Part shown: positions 21,970 to 31,678 of the stretch, in pieces
How the letters are laid out: each line of letters opens with the position of its first letter
How positions within the stretch are numbered: position 1 is the stretch's first letter
Virus record (IMG/VR): IMGVR_UViG_3300045988_136456
Length of the DNA: 35,330 nt
Strand: one strand, 5' to 3'
From: a virus
The notes under the pieces: model-generated
Databases searched by the model: none
What the model was told of the DNA's origin: nothing
What the model saw: only the letters and a program-made list of their open reading frames with translations
Translations under genes and position numbers: made by a program

Positions 21970-23749
21970 GTGCATCGTAAACGAGTGGGCAGAGCAGACT
22001 GAGGCAAACGAGCGCGCCTGTGAGGATCTTCGGGCGGCGGCGCGGCGCTACCTCGACGACCGCCGAAGCGGCAAGTGGGAGTTTCGCACGCAGCTTGCCG
22101 AGTTCGTGATCAACGGCATCGAGACACTGTTCTGCCACCAGCAGGGCGAGAGCCTGGACGGCCGGCCGCTGCGCGGCACGCCCTTCCTCCTGCAGCCCTG
22201 GCAGCTCTTTGACATTTACAACGTGTGCGGCTTCTTCCTGCCAGGGACGGAGCTGCGGCGTTACCAGGAGCAGTTTTCCATGCTGGCGCGGAAGAACGGC
22301 AAGACGCCGTTTACGACGGCGAAGATCTGGATGCTCGGCGTCGCTTACAGCCGAAGCTACTCGAAGATCAAGACCGTGGCCGGCAGCGCAAAGCAGAACA
22401 TGGAGGGCTTCGGCTTCCTCGGCTACAACCTGCACCGGCTCGGCCTTACCGTGCGCGAGGACGCGGTGCATGGGCTGCGCGTCCTGGACAGCTCGCTCGG
22501 GCACAGCTACTCCGGCGCAATCTGGGACGGACAGATCAGCTTTGACGCGCTTGCCTATAAGCCAGATATCTTTGATGCCTTCAACGCAAACCTTGTCCAT
22601 CTCGACGAGCTGGAGCTCTACCGGAACGCTGTGCCCTATGGCCGCTTGAAGGACGCGACGAAGGCGTATTCGAATAAGCTCATCGCCGCGACCACGACCG
22701 CAGGCGACGACGGCACCGGCTTCTGCGCACAGCGGCTGGAATACTGCTCCAAGATCGTGCGTGGACAGATCACCGGCGAGGACGCCGACCGCATCTTCGT
22801 GCTCATTGCTCGCGCCGATCCGGACAAGGACACGGGCGAGGTCGACTATCTCAGCCCACTCGCGCAGGAGCAGGCAAACCCGAGCTGGGGCGTGACCATC
22901 CGCCCGAGCGATATGATGGCAAGCGCCCTGCAGGCACAGAACGACCCGCAGATGCGAAAGGAATTTCTTACGCGCTCGCTCAACGTGTTTGTGTCGAGCT
23001 TCAAGGCGTGCTTCGACGTAGCGGATTTCCGGCGCTCGGACGCACACTATCACTGGACGCAGCAAGAACTTGCGCGGCTTGTAACAGCGTGGTACGGCGG
23101 CGCGGACCTCTCCAAGCTGCACGATCTGACGGCTGCCGCCATTGTGGGCGAGATCCCCGCGGCGAAGGCGGCAAACGAGGACTGGACGCCGAGCGAGGAT
23201 GTGCTGGTCATCGTGCCGCACGCCTGGTTCCCGCGCACGGCGGCGGCGGAAAAGGCAGATGTGGATAACATCCCGCTCTTCGGCTGGCAGGACGACGGCT
23301 GGCTTGATATGCCGAACGAGAGCAGCATGGACCCGACCGAGCCGGTGAAGCAGTTTAAGAAGTGGCAGGCCAATGGCTTCCGCATCCGGAAGGTCGGCCA
23401 TGACCGGAAATTTGCGCGGCCCTACTACACGGCGATGAAAAAGGCGGGCTTCACGGTGGTGGATCAGCCGCAGCTCTATCTCGCGAAAAGCGAGGGCTTC
23501 CGCTACATCGAGCACAAGATGAAAATCGGCTGCCTGTACTACTGCGGCGCGGAGCCGTTTGAATACTGCGTCGGAAATATTAGGGCTTGCGAAAAAGTCG
23601 ATGATGCGGTACAATATGAGAAGATCAACGACACCTCCCGCATCGACGTGTTCGACGCGGCGGTGTTTGGGACGATCCGGATGCTCATCGACACTGAAAA
23701 GCGTGCGAATGCGTCGCGCTGGTTTGAGAGCGGTAAACCGAATACCTGA
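21956..23749 (+). CDS. terL: Terminase large subunit
   Basis: 597 aa between terS and the portal gene. Contains LARKNGKTPF (Walker A-like) and VHLDELE (Walker B-like). Confidence 0.85.
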   Translation: MATHECIVNEWAEQTEANERACEDLRAAARRYLDDRRSGKWEFRTQLAEFVINGIETLFCHQQGESLDGRPLRGTPFLLQPWQLFDIYNVCGFFLPGTELRRYQEQFSMLARKNGKTPFTTAKIWMLGVAYSRSYSKIKTVAGSAKQNMEGFGFLGYNLHRLGLTVREDAVHGLRVLDSSLGHSYSGAIWDGQISFDALAYKPDIFDAFNANLVHLDELELYRNAVPYGRLKDATKAYSNKLIAATTTAGDDGTGFCAQRLEYCSKIVRGQITGEDADRIFVLIARADPDKDTGEVDYLSPLAQEQANPSWGVTIRPSDMMASALQAQNDPQMRKEFLTRSLNVFVSSFKACFDVADFRRSDAHYHWTQQELARLVTAWYGGADLSKLHDLTAAAIVGEIPAAKAANEDWTPSEDVLVIVPHAWFPRTAAAEKADVDNIPLFGWQDDGWLDMPNESSMDPTEPVKQFKKWQANGFRIRKVGHDRKFARPYYTAMKKAGFTVVDQPQLYLAKSEGFRYIEHKMKIGCLYYCGAEPFEYCVGNIRACEKVDDAVQYEKINDTSRIDVFDAAVFGTIRMLIDTEKRANASRWFESGKPNT

Positions 23750-23764
23750 CCTGTGGCCATGATG

Positions 23765-23806
23765 CCCCGTGTCCTTCACTGTAAGGACACGGGGCTTTTC
23801 TATTTT
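23765..23806 (+). terminator. Strong intrinsic terminator between terL and the portal gene
   Basis: 12-bp stem CCCCGTGTCCTT / AAGGACACGGGG followed by CTTTTCTATTTT. Confidence 0.7.
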
Positions 23807-23821
23807 CCCGCAAAGGAGCTG

Positions 23822-25003
23822 ATGATGATTTTTGAGAATTTGACGAAGCGCTTCAAGAAACGGTCGGCCTCGATGGTCGGCCTGACGCTCTCCTCGCCCG
23901 GTGTGATCTGTCCAAGCGGCTATACCCGCCTTTCGGACGCGCCGGAGGTCGCCGCAGCGGTCTGGCGCATCAGCGACATGATCGCCTCCATGACCATCCA
24001 CCTGATGGAGAACGCGAAGAACGGCGACGTGCGCGTAAAGGACGAGCTGGCGCGGAAGGTGGACGTCGCGCCGTGGAGCCTCGGTACGCGCCAGACGCTC
24101 ATCGGCTGGATCGTGAGCACGCTGCTCACCGAGGGCAATGCCTTCGTGCTGCCGGTGACGCGGGACGGCCTGCTCACCGATCTGTGGCCGATGCCGACGG
24201 CTTACGCCCAGCGCCGCCCGGACGGCAGCCCCTACGAGATCGTGTGGCAGGGCATGGCCTTCGAGCCGGACGAGGTGCTTCACTTCCGCCTGCGCCCCGA
24301 TGCGCGCTATCCCTGGCAGGGCGTGGGGACGCGCGTGCAGCTCGGCGACATTGTGGACAGCATTGCCCAGACGGCGGCGACGAAGAAGGCATACATGAGC
24401 AGCGAGTACAAGCCGCCGTTGGTGATCGCCGTTAATTCGGACAGCGATTTGAGCGATCCGGATAAGCGCGATGCGTTCACGCAGAGCTTCCTCACGCGGA
24501 AGGACCCGAGCGCTCCGCTCATCATCCCTGCGGATCTGATGAACGTGGTACAGGCAAAGCCGCTGAGCCTGACCGACCTTGCTGTCCGCGACGGCGTGGA
24601 GCTGGACAAGCGGAACGTCGCCGCCATCTTCGGCGTGCCTGGCTTCATGGTTGGCGTGGGCGATTACGACAAGGACGAGTACAACACCTTCGTCTCCTCC
24701 GTCCTGCTGCCGCTGGCGCAGGTCATTGAGCAGGAACTGACGAAGAAGCTGCTGGTGAGCAGCAAGCGCTATTTCAAGTTCAACGCCCGCTCGCTCTACG
24801 CCTACGACCTCAAGGAACTCAGCGAGATCGGCAGCGATCTCTATATCCGCGGGCTGATGACCGGCAACGAGGTGCGCAACTGGATGTCGCTGCCGCCGAA
24901 GGACGGGCTTGACGTGCTGGTGATCCTCGAAAACTTTATTCCTGCCGACCGCATCGGCGACCAGAAAAAACTGAAGGAGGGCAAGAAGAATGCCGAAGAA
25001 TGA
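23822..25003 (+). CDS. Portal protein, HK97-family-like
   Basis: The start was placed after the terminator, at AAAGGAG-CTG-ATG. Gene order and size fit a portal. Confidence 0.8.
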   Translation: MMIFENLTKRFKKRSASMVGLTLSSPGVICPSGYTRLSDAPEVAAAVWRISDMIASMTIHLMENAKNGDVRVKDELARKVDVAPWSLGTRQTLIGWIVSTLLTEGNAFVLPVTRDGLLTDLWPMPTAYAQRRPDGSPYEIVWQGMAFEPDEVLHFRLRPDARYPWQGVGTRVQLGDIVDSIAQTAATKKAYMSSEYKPPLVIAVNSDSDLSDPDKRDAFTQSFLTRKDPSAPLIIPADLMNVVQAKPLSLTDLAVRDGVELDKRNVAAIFGVPGFMVGVGDYDKDEYNTFVSSVLLPLAQVIEQELTKKLLVSSKRYFKFNARSLYAYDLKELSEIGSDLYIRGLMTGNEVRNWMSLPPKDGLDVLVILENFIPADRIGDQKKLKEGKKNAEE

Positions 25004-25613
25004 TATCGACAGCACCGCGCGCTCGCTGCGGCAGGTGCGCAGCATCGGCGCGCAGTTCCAGACACGCGCGGCAAAGGACGGCGAGGGACCCGTGATCGAG
25101 GGCTACTTCTCCGTATTCAACTCGGACTATCCCCTATGGCCCGGCGCGACGGAACAGGTCGCCCCCGGCGCGTTCGCGAAGTCTCTCGCAGGCGACTACG
25201 GGGAGTGCGACGTGCGCGCGCTCGCCAACCACGACACCACGCTGGTGCTCGGACGCACCACGGCCGGCACGCTCACGCTGCGCGAGGACGCGCACGGCCT
25301 TTACGGAACGATCCAAATCAACGAGCAGGACACCGACGCCATGAACCTCTACGCCCGCGTCCAGCGGGGTGACGTCAGCCAGTGCTCGTTCGGTTTTGAT
25401 ATCAAGAGCGAGGAATTTGTTGAAAACCCGGACGGCAGCGTCCGGTGGATCATCAAGGACGTCGTTCTCTACGAGGTCAGCGTATGCACCTTCCCCGCTT
25501 ATGCGGAGACGTCCGTAGAAGCCAGGAAGAACGACCTTGACACCATCCGCAGGCGCGAGGGCGAGCTGTGGAAAACGAAAATGAAAGAGAGGATCAACAA
25601 ATGTCGAAGCTGA
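24990..25613 (+). CDS. Prohead maturation protease, HK97-family-like
   Basis: Lies between the portal and capsid genes. Contains VIEGYFSVFN...LANHD...VLYEVSVCTFPAY. Confidence 0.8.
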   Translation: MPKNDIDSTARSLRQVRSIGAQFQTRAAKDGEGPVIEGYFSVFNSDYPLWPGATEQVAPGAFAKSLAGDYGECDVRALANHDTTLVLGRTTAGTLTLREDAHGLYGTIQINEQDTDAMNLYARVQRGDVSQCSFGFDIKSEEFVENPDGSVRWIIKDVVLYEVSVCTFPAYAETSVEARKNDLDTIRRREGELWKTKMKERINKCRS

Positions 25614-26944
25614 GAACCATCCTGCTGGCTAAGCAGATCCGCGACAAGGAGGCAGAGCTGGAAGTTCTGCGTGCGCGAGATGCGGAGTTTCAGACGCGCG
25701 AAGCCGATCTTGCCGAGGCCATTGAGTCCGCCGAGACCGACGAGGAGCGCAGCGCCGTGGAGGAATCCGTGACTGCACTCGAGACCGAGCAGAACGAGGC
25801 GAGCGAGCAGCGCGGCCGCCTGGAGGGCGAGCTCGCCGAGCTGCGCACCCAGCTCACCGAGGCCGAGGCCGCGCAGGCCGAGGCGATGAACAATAACAAC
25901 CGTGAGGAGCGCAGCGCCGCTCCCGCAGGCGCGAGCCGCCAGAGAGGAGAGAACCGTATGAACCACATGGAACTGCGTGACGCCGAGGCCTTCCAGAAGT
26001 CCGGCCGCCACACCTACACCGACATCCGCAGCCTGCTGCGCGCCGCCGTGACGACCGGCTCCGACGGCGTGGTCGGCCCCACCGGCGTCGGCGGTATCAA
26101 CGACGCCATCGGCGGCGTGTCCGCGCTGGTCGATATGCTCAAGGTCACCGACTGCACCGGCATGGCCGGCTACAAGGTCGCGCTGATGGCCGGCGACGCG
26201 GCGGACGCTGCCGCCATCACCGAGGGCAGCGCCCCCACCGAGAGCGAGCCGACCTTCGACTCCGTCACCCTCATGCCGACCAACTACGGCACGGTCGGCT
26301 ACGTCTCCAAGGAGATCCGCAAGCAGAGCCCCCTCAACTACGAGGAGAAGGTCCGCGAGAGCGCTCGCCGCGCCCTGCGCCGCAAGCTGAATGCAGTCGC
26401 CGCCAACGCCATCCTCGCGAGCACCCTCAACACCGCGCACGCGCTGGAGGCAGACAAGAGCGCGACCAAGGGCAGCGTGCTCTTTGACGAGAAGCTGCTG
26501 AGCAACATCATCCTTGCCTACGGCGGCGATGAGGGTGTGGAAGGCTCCGCCTGCCTGTACCTCAACAAGGCCGACCTGCTCGCCTTCGCCGCCATCCGCG
26601 GCAAAAACGAGTATCTGCCGGTCTACTCCATCACTCCCGATGCGGCGAATCCTTCGACCGGCATCATCAAGGACAATAACGGCCTCTCCTGCCGCTACTG
26701 CCTGAGCAAGGATTTGACCGCGCTGTCCACCGCGACGCTCACCACCACCGCCACCAAGCACATGTTCTACGGCAATCCCCAGTGTGCCGAGCTGGCGCTG
26801 TGGGGCGGCTTCGAGGTCGAGGTCAACGAGGGCTACAAGTTCGCCGAGGGCCTGCTCACCGTCCGCGGTGAGGTCACGGCCGACGTGGACGTGACCGTAA
26901 AGAACGGCTTCGTGGTCGTGACCGCGAAGAAGGCCGCCGCCTGA
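25601..26944 (+). CDS. Major capsid protein, HK97-fold, with N-terminal coiled-coil delta domain
   Basis: Position after the protease. The roughly 110-aa Glu/Ala-rich N-terminus is followed by a capsid-like body. Confidence 0.8.
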   Translation: MSKLRTILLAKQIRDKEAELEVLRARDAEFQTREADLAEAIESAETDEERSAVEESVTALETEQNEASEQRGRLEGELAELRTQLTEAEAAQAEAMNNNNREERSAAPAGASRQRGENRMNHMELRDAEAFQKSGRHTYTDIRSLLRAAVTTGSDGVVGPTGVGGINDAIGGVSALVDMLKVTDCTGMAGYKVALMAGDAADAAAITEGSAPTESEPTFDSVTLMPTNYGTVGYVSKEIRKQSPLNYEEKVRESARRALRRKLNAVAANAILASTLNTAHALEADKSATKGSVLFDEKLLSNIILAYGGDEGVEGSACLYLNKADLLAFAAIRGKNEYLPVYSITPDAANPSTGIIKDNNGLSCRYCLSKDLTALSTATLTTTATKHMFYGNPQCAELALWGGFEVEVNEGYKFAEGLLTVRGEVTADVDVTVKNGFVVVTAKKAAA

Positions 26945-26960
26945 GCATAACACACGCGCT

Positions 26961-26985
26961 TTCCGTGCCCGAATCGGGCACGGAA
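26961..26985. repeat. Longest palindrome family copy (TTCCGTGCCCGAATCGGGCACGGAA)
   Basis: 25-bp perfect palindrome 17 nt after the capsid stop. No T-run follows it. Confidence 0.9.
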
Positions 26986-27008
26986 ATGCGCGCGGAAAGG
27001 AGCAACGT

Positions 27009-27302
27009 ATGACCCATGAATACGCTCTCGCGCTGCTGAAGGCTGATCTCGGCTTTTACACGGTCTCCGGCCCGGTATCGGACCTGCTGGAAAGCAAGCT
27101 CAAGGCTGCGGAGAAAGCTATTGCGAAAATGGGCATCACGATCGACATGGAAGACGGGGACGATCTTAACCTGCTCGTGATGCACGCCGCGTGGCTCTAC
27201 CGCAAGCGCGCCGGCAGAGATCCCATGCCGCCGATGCTTCGTCAGGCGATCAATGACCACAAGGTGGACCACAAGGTGACGCCGAAGGCGGTGGACGCAT
27301 GA
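27009..27302 (+). CDS. Head-tail connector (gp6-like)
   Basis: Position and size. Contains LLKADLG. Confidence 0.55.
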   Translation: MTHEYALALLKADLGFYTVSGPVSDLLESKLKAAEKAIAKMGITIDMEDGDDLNLLVMHAAWLYRKRAGRDPMPPMLRQAINDHKVDHKVTPKAVDA

Positions 27303-27640
27303 CCTACGACCACTTCCTGACTGTCTACGACCTCAAGGACGGCACACAGCGCGGCGGAAAGCTGACCGAGAACTCCGGACACCTCTACGCGGAGCTGGAG
27401 GTCTACCACAGGCGTTACTGGGAGAGCGTGCAGGCCGGCAGCCGCATCGACCGCATGGTGCGCGTGCCGTTCGGCGAGGCGCTCACGGCGACGCAGTATG
27501 CCATCCCGGAGGACGGGCACGTCTACCGCATCGAGCAGGCGCAGCACGGGCTGGACGAGGACGGTCTCGCCGTGACGACGCTGAGCCTGCGGAGAATGGA
27601 GGGCAGCTATGACATACTCCGAGCTGAAGACAGCACTTGA
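27299..27640 (+). CDS. Head closure / head-tail adaptor protein
   Basis: Position, 113 aa, ATGA overlap with the previous gene. Confidence 0.55.
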   Translation: MTYDHFLTVYDLKDGTQRGGKLTENSGHLYAELEVYHRRYWESVQAGSRIDRMVRVPFGEALTATQYAIPEDGHVYRIEQAQHGLDEDGLAVTTLSLRRMEGSYDILRAEDST

Positions 27641-27923
27641 GGCGGCCTGCGATGCCGTCTATGAGTGGGAGGCACCGGCGGGCGCGAAGCGCTTCGTCGT
27701 GCTCAGTCCCTACGGCACGGTCGGCGTGATCGCGGACAACGCCGTGCAGCTGGAAGTGCAGCGCGTGCAGATGGACATCTGCTGGCAGACCGACGGCGAC
27801 ACGCTGCTCGCGGACGTCAAGGCGGCGCTTACGGCAGGCGACACGCCGTACAGCGTGGAGGACGTCAGCTACGACCCGGACTACGCCGCCATGCGCGCGA
27901 TCGTGCAGCTGGAGGTGTTGTGA
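27609..27923 (+). CDS. Neck / head-tail joining protein (hypothetical)
   Basis: Position only. Confidence 0.45.
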   Translation: MTYSELKTALEAACDAVYEWEAPAGAKRFVVLSPYGTVGVIADNAVQLEVQRVQMDICWQTDGDTLLADVKAALTAGDTPYSVEDVSYDPDYAAMRAIVQLEVL

Positions 27924-28444
27924 TGGCGACATTCTCCGTGGACGGCCTTGGCGATTTTATGCTTTCCATGCAGCAGGTTGCCGAGCTGCCCGGCGAGGTC
28001 ATCGACGAGATCCTTGAGGCCGGCAGCGAGGTCGTGATCAAGGCGCAGAAGGATGAGCTGCTTACGCTCGGTTTGTATGACAACGAGAGCAGCGGCCCGC
28101 ATCTGGTGGACAGCATCAAGCTCCATAAAAAACTCCACGCAGCGTCCGCCGGTGGCCCGAGCCGCTATGTCCTGATCTATCCCACTGGCAAGCACGGCCA
28201 ATATAACCGCAGGCTCAGAACCAAGGCGTACAAGAACTCTAAGCACGGTCGGACCTACACCGTCGGCGGCGACCAGAAGGCCACCTCCAGCAGCGAGGTC
28301 GGTTTTATCCATGAATACGGCGCGCCGCGGCGCAACATTCCGGCAAAGCGCTGGATGCAGAACGCCAACGAGAAGAGCGCGGCGGCGACCACGGCGGCGC
28401 AGGCCGCTGTTTACAACAAATTCCTCGAATCCAAAAACCTGTAA
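27923..28444 (+). CDS. HK97 gp10-like tail completion protein
   Basis: TGATG overlap with the previous gene. Position is immediately before the major tail protein gene. Confidence 0.55.
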   Translation: MATFSVDGLGDFMLSMQQVAELPGEVIDEILEAGSEVVIKAQKDELLTLGLYDNESSGPHLVDSIKLHKKLHAASAGGPSRYVLIYPTGKHGQYNRRLRTKAYKNSKHGRTYTVGGDQKATSSSEVGFIHEYGAPRRNIPAKRWMQNANEKSAAATTAAQAAVYNKFLESKNL

Positions 28445-28458
28445 AGGAGGGCACAACT

Positions 28459-29049
28459 ATGCCTCAGTACGGAGCGAAAAATCTCCAGTGGGCGCCGTTT
28501 GCGGCGTCAAACCCCGAGCCGGAGGACGCGCTGCCCAACTACGGCACGCCGATGAAGCTCGGCGACCTCATGAGCGTCGCCGAAACACTCAACTTCTCCG
28601 AGGTCGAATCGCGCGCGGACGATGTGCGCAAGATCTACCTGCGCGAGTTTGTCGACGGCTCGCTCGCCGTCGGCGTGCTGGAGCTGCCCAACGAGACCGC
28701 CTCGGCCGTCACCGGCGCGCAGATCGACAGCACCGAGGGCGCGAAGGACATCCACTTTTCCAGCAACGACACCGCGCCCTACGGCTGCCTCGGCTTTTAC
28801 ACGACCAACATCAAGGCCGACGGCTCGAAGTATTACAAGGGCCTCTTCTACCCCAAGGTCAAGGCGAGCCTCGACGGGCGCACCTACAACACCAAGCAAA
28901 AGACCATCGTGCTCGACAGCCCCAAGCTGACATTCTCGGTGGATGCTTGCAACACCGGCGACTACCGCATCGAGAGCGACGAGCTCACGACCGAGGCCGC
29001 CGCGAAGACGTGGGTCAACGGCAAGGTCAAGGCCGCGGTCGGCGGCTAA
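28459..29049 (+). CDS. Major tail protein
   Basis: Lies immediately upstream of the G/GT chaperone pair. AAAGGAGGG RBS. A terminator follows. Confidence 0.7.
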   Translation: MPQYGAKNLQWAPFAASNPEPEDALPNYGTPMKLGDLMSVAETLNFSEVESRADDVRKIYLREFVDGSLAVGVLELPNETASAVTGAQIDSTEGAKDIHFSSNDTAPYGCLGFYTTNIKADGSKYYKGLFYPKVKASLDGRTYNTKQKTIVLDSPKLTFSVDACNTGDYRIESDELTTEAAAKTWVNGKVKAAVGG

Positions 29050-29062
29050 GGAATCCGAAAAG

Positions 29063-29088
29063 GCGCAGCACCCCGCTGCGCCTTTTTC
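29063..29088 (+). terminator. Intrinsic terminator or attenuator after the major tail gene
   Basis: Stem GGCGCAGC / GCTGCGCC followed by TTTTT. Confidence 0.65.
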
Positions 29089-29106
29089 AGAAATCGGAGG
29101 CAAACT

Positions 29107-29496
29107 ATGAAACTACACGAAGTTGATCTCTGCGGGCAGCACCTCTATCTGCTCCTCAACGGGCAGGCGCTGTTCGACATTTACGATAAATTCGGCACCA
29201 AGGGCTTCATCACCGACCCGCTCAAGGACAACAACAAGGCGGGCTTTGAGGCCACCTGCTTTTTCCTTGCGAAGCTCTGCGAGCAGGGCGAGCTTCTACG
29301 GCGCTGGGAAGGTCAAACGCGCGGGCCGGTGCTCTCTGAGCAGTATTTCCGCGTCCACCTCGCGCCGCGCGACGTTTACCGCGCCAAGGACGCCATCGTG
29401 ACGACGATCCGCATCGGCTTCGCCCGCGAGGCCGAGGAGGAGCACGACGTGGATCTCGGGCTTGTGGAGCTTCAAAAAAAAACGGAGTCTCCGTGA
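29107..29496 (+). CDS. Tail assembly chaperone (gpG equivalent)
   Basis: Position upstream of the tape measure gene. Ends just after the slippery A-run. Confidence 0.75.
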   Translation: MKLHEVDLCGQHLYLLLNGQALFDIYDKFGTKGFITDPLKDNNKAGFEATCFFLAKLCEQGELLRRWEGQTRGPVLSEQYFRVHLAPRDVYRAKDAIVTTIRIGFAREAEEEHDVDLGLVELQKKTESP

Positions 29497-29636
29497 CGCG
29501 CGCGCTCTGGCTCCAGCTCCTGACGCAGTTCCTGCGCCTGAGCGTCCGCGAGGGCCTGCTGCTTACGCCGGGGCAGGTCATGGACCTGCAGGAGCTTGAG
29601 GAGCGCCGGCGCGGACTCGAACGAGAGGAGGGGTGA
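29107..29636 (+). CDS. Tail assembly chaperone G-T fusion made by a -1 programmed frameshift
   Basis: The -1 frame is open from the A-run to TGA 29634-29636, giving ...LQKKNGVSVTRALWLQLL...LEREEG. It ends 3 nt before the tape measure start. Confidence 0.7.
29474..29482 (+). promoter_or_regulatory. Slippery sequence (A9) for the G/GT -1 frameshift
   Basis: CAA AAA AAA ACG in frame 0. Confidence 0.7.
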
Positions 29637-29639
29637 GCG

Positions 29640-31307
29640 GTGGCAGTACGCCAGATCACCACACGGCTTGCCATCGATGGCGAGCAGGAATACAAAAAGC
29701 AGCTCGCGGCGGTCAACCGCGAGCTGGGCAACCTCGGCGCGGAAATGAAGCTCGTCGACGCGCAGTTTAAGGGGCAGGCGAACAGCTCCGAAGCGCTGCG
29801 CGCCAAGCACAACCTGCTCAAGCAGTCTATTGAGCAGCAGGTCGGCAAGATCGTCTCCCTGCAGGGCGCGGTCGAGGAGGCGGCGGAGGCTTACGGCGAG
29901 GCGGACAGCCGCACCGACAGCTACCGTCGGCAGCTCTTAAGCGCGGAGACCGCGCTCGCGAAGCTCAACGACGAGCTGAGCGAGAACGACAAACTGCTTA
30001 AAGAGGCTGAGGACAGCGCGGACGGCTGCGCGAAAAGCATCGACGGCTTCGGTAAGGCGGTCAAGGAGACCGCGGACGATGCCGACAGCCTTAATGACGA
30101 CCTCGGCGGCATCGGTGGCGCACTCAAGGGCTTGCGCAACGAGGACGGCAGCTTTAACCTTGGCGGCGTAACTTCAGCGCTCAGCAACCTCAAGGGGCTG
30201 CTGGTTGGCGGCGCCATCGTCACAGGCGCAAAGGCGGTCAAAGATGCGATCTTTGAGAGCGTAGAATCGACCGAGGAATACCGCAAGATCATGGGCACGC
30301 TTGAGGTCTCCAGCGCGGCTGCCGGCTACACAGCCGAGGAGACTGCGCAGGTCTACCAAGAGCTGCAGGCCGTACTTGGCGACACACAGGCTGCCGCGAC
30401 CGCGACGGCGAACCTGCAGGCGCTTGGCCTCAAGCAGGAGGACCTAAAGGTCCTTGTCGATGAGTGCATCGGCGCGTGGGCGACCTACGGCGACTCCATC
30501 CCAATCGACAGCCTGAGCGAGGCTGTGAACGAAACCGTTCAGGCCGGAAAGGTCACCGGCGTCTTTGCGGACGTGCTCAACTGGGCGGGCGTCAATGAGG
30601 ACGAGTTCAACCGGCAGCTCGAAGCCTGCGCCGATACATCCGAGCGTGCGCAGCTTGTGCTTGTGCAGCTTGCCAACCAGGGCCTGCGCGAGACCGGGCA
30701 GGCGTGGAAGGACGCCAACCAGGACATTATGGAAATGAACCGCTCGCAGGAGGAGCTCAACGCGGCGATGGCGCGGTTGGGCGAGCTGCTGACACCCATT
30801 GCGGCTGGTATCATCGGATTCACGGCGGACATTGTTGAGGGCGTAACGGCTGCGATCACTGCTATTAGTGATCTGATCTCGAAGATCCGCGAGGCGCGCG
30901 AGGAAGCAAACGAGAAAAACGTGGAGCGCTCGTCCACCTCGAAGCTCTCCCGCTACCGCGCCGAGGCGAGGCTGCGCGAGCATCTCTCCGGCTCCCACGC
31001 CGCGGGGCTCGACCGCGTGCCCTACGACGGCTATCTCGCCGAGCTCCACGCGGACGAGGCGGTGCTCAACGCGCAGGAGGCCGCGCTGTGGCGCTCTGTG
31101 GGGCGCTCAGGCGCGTCCGGCGCTCTGGTGGCATCTTCCCCCGCCCCGTCTCCCGCGACCGCACAGAGCGCCGCACGGCGCGAGAACGTGACCATTGACG
31201 TCACGCTCGAGCTGGACGGCCAGACGCTCGCGCGCAAGCAGTACCCGCTCATGCAGGCCGAGGGCCGCCGGCGCGGCACCCCGCTGGCCGGAAAGGAGGG
31301 CACCTGA
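29640..31307 (+). CDS. Tape measure protein
   Basis: GTG start. Long Ala/Glu/Leu-rich helical protein directly after G/GT. Confidence 0.8.
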   Translation: MAVRQITTRLAIDGEQEYKKQLAAVNRELGNLGAEMKLVDAQFKGQANSSEALRAKHNLLKQSIEQQVGKIVSLQGAVEEAAEAYGEADSRTDSYRRQLLSAETALAKLNDELSENDKLLKEAEDSADGCAKSIDGFGKAVKETADDADSLNDDLGGIGGALKGLRNEDGSFNLGGVTSALSNLKGLLVGGAIVTGAKAVKDAIFESVESTEEYRKIMGTLEVSSAAAGYTAEETAQVYQELQAVLGDTQAAATATANLQALGLKQEDLKVLVDECIGAWATYGDSIPIDSLSEAVNETVQAGKVTGVFADVLNWAGVNEDEFNRQLEACADTSERAQLVLVQLANQGLRETGQAWKDANQDIMEMNRSQEELNAAMARLGELLTPIAAGIIGFTADIVEGVTAAITAISDLISKIREAREEANEKNVERSSTSKLSRYRAEARLREHLSGSHAAGLDRVPYDGYLAELHADEAVLNAQEAALWRSVGRSGASGALVASSPAPSPATAQSAARRENVTIDVTLELDGQTLARKQYPLMQAEGRRRGTPLAGKEGT

Positions 31308-31678
31308 TGGCAAAATACCCCTTCATTGTGGACGGGCAGGACTTCACCGACCTGTTCCACAAATACGGCTACGAGGTCACCTACGAGTTCCGCGAGGGCG
31401 AGAACGGCGGCCTCATGTGCTCCGGCGAGGAGCAGCGCGATCTGCTCGCCATCAAGCCGACGATCGTCGGCACCACCAACGACGCGCCGACCGAGCGCAT
31501 CACCGCGCTGCTGACGGCCTGCCTCAAAAACGAAGTCCTCTTCCGCTACTTCGACCTCTGGACCGGCGCGGAGAAAACCATCACTGCGCACCCCATGGTC
31601 GACACCGTGTCCGTCCTGCTCGACGACAGCGGCACGCATTGGTGGAGGGGCTTCCGCGTTACCATGAGGGCCAAGTGA
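31307..31678 (+). CDS. Tail-tip-associated protein (hypothetical; occupies the distal tail protein position)
   Basis: Position only. At 123 aa it is short for a distal tail protein. Confidence 0.45.
   Translation: MAKYPFIVDGQDFTDLFHKYGYEVTYEFREGENGGLMCSGEEQRDLLAIKPTIVGTTNDAPTERITALLTACLKNEVLFRYFDLWTGAEKTITAHPMVDTVSVLLDDSGTHWWRGFRVTMRAK

Noticed and set aside
21941-25045. 1034-aa ORF on the minus strand
   Set aside because: It is antisense to terL, the portal gene and the protease gene. The translation is Arg/Ala/His-rich low-complexity text typical of the shadow frame of high-GC genes, and no RBS is present.
25499-26953. 484-aa minus-strand ORF
   Set aside because: Shadow ORF antisense to the major capsid gene, with Gly/Ala/Leu/Arg-rich junk composition.
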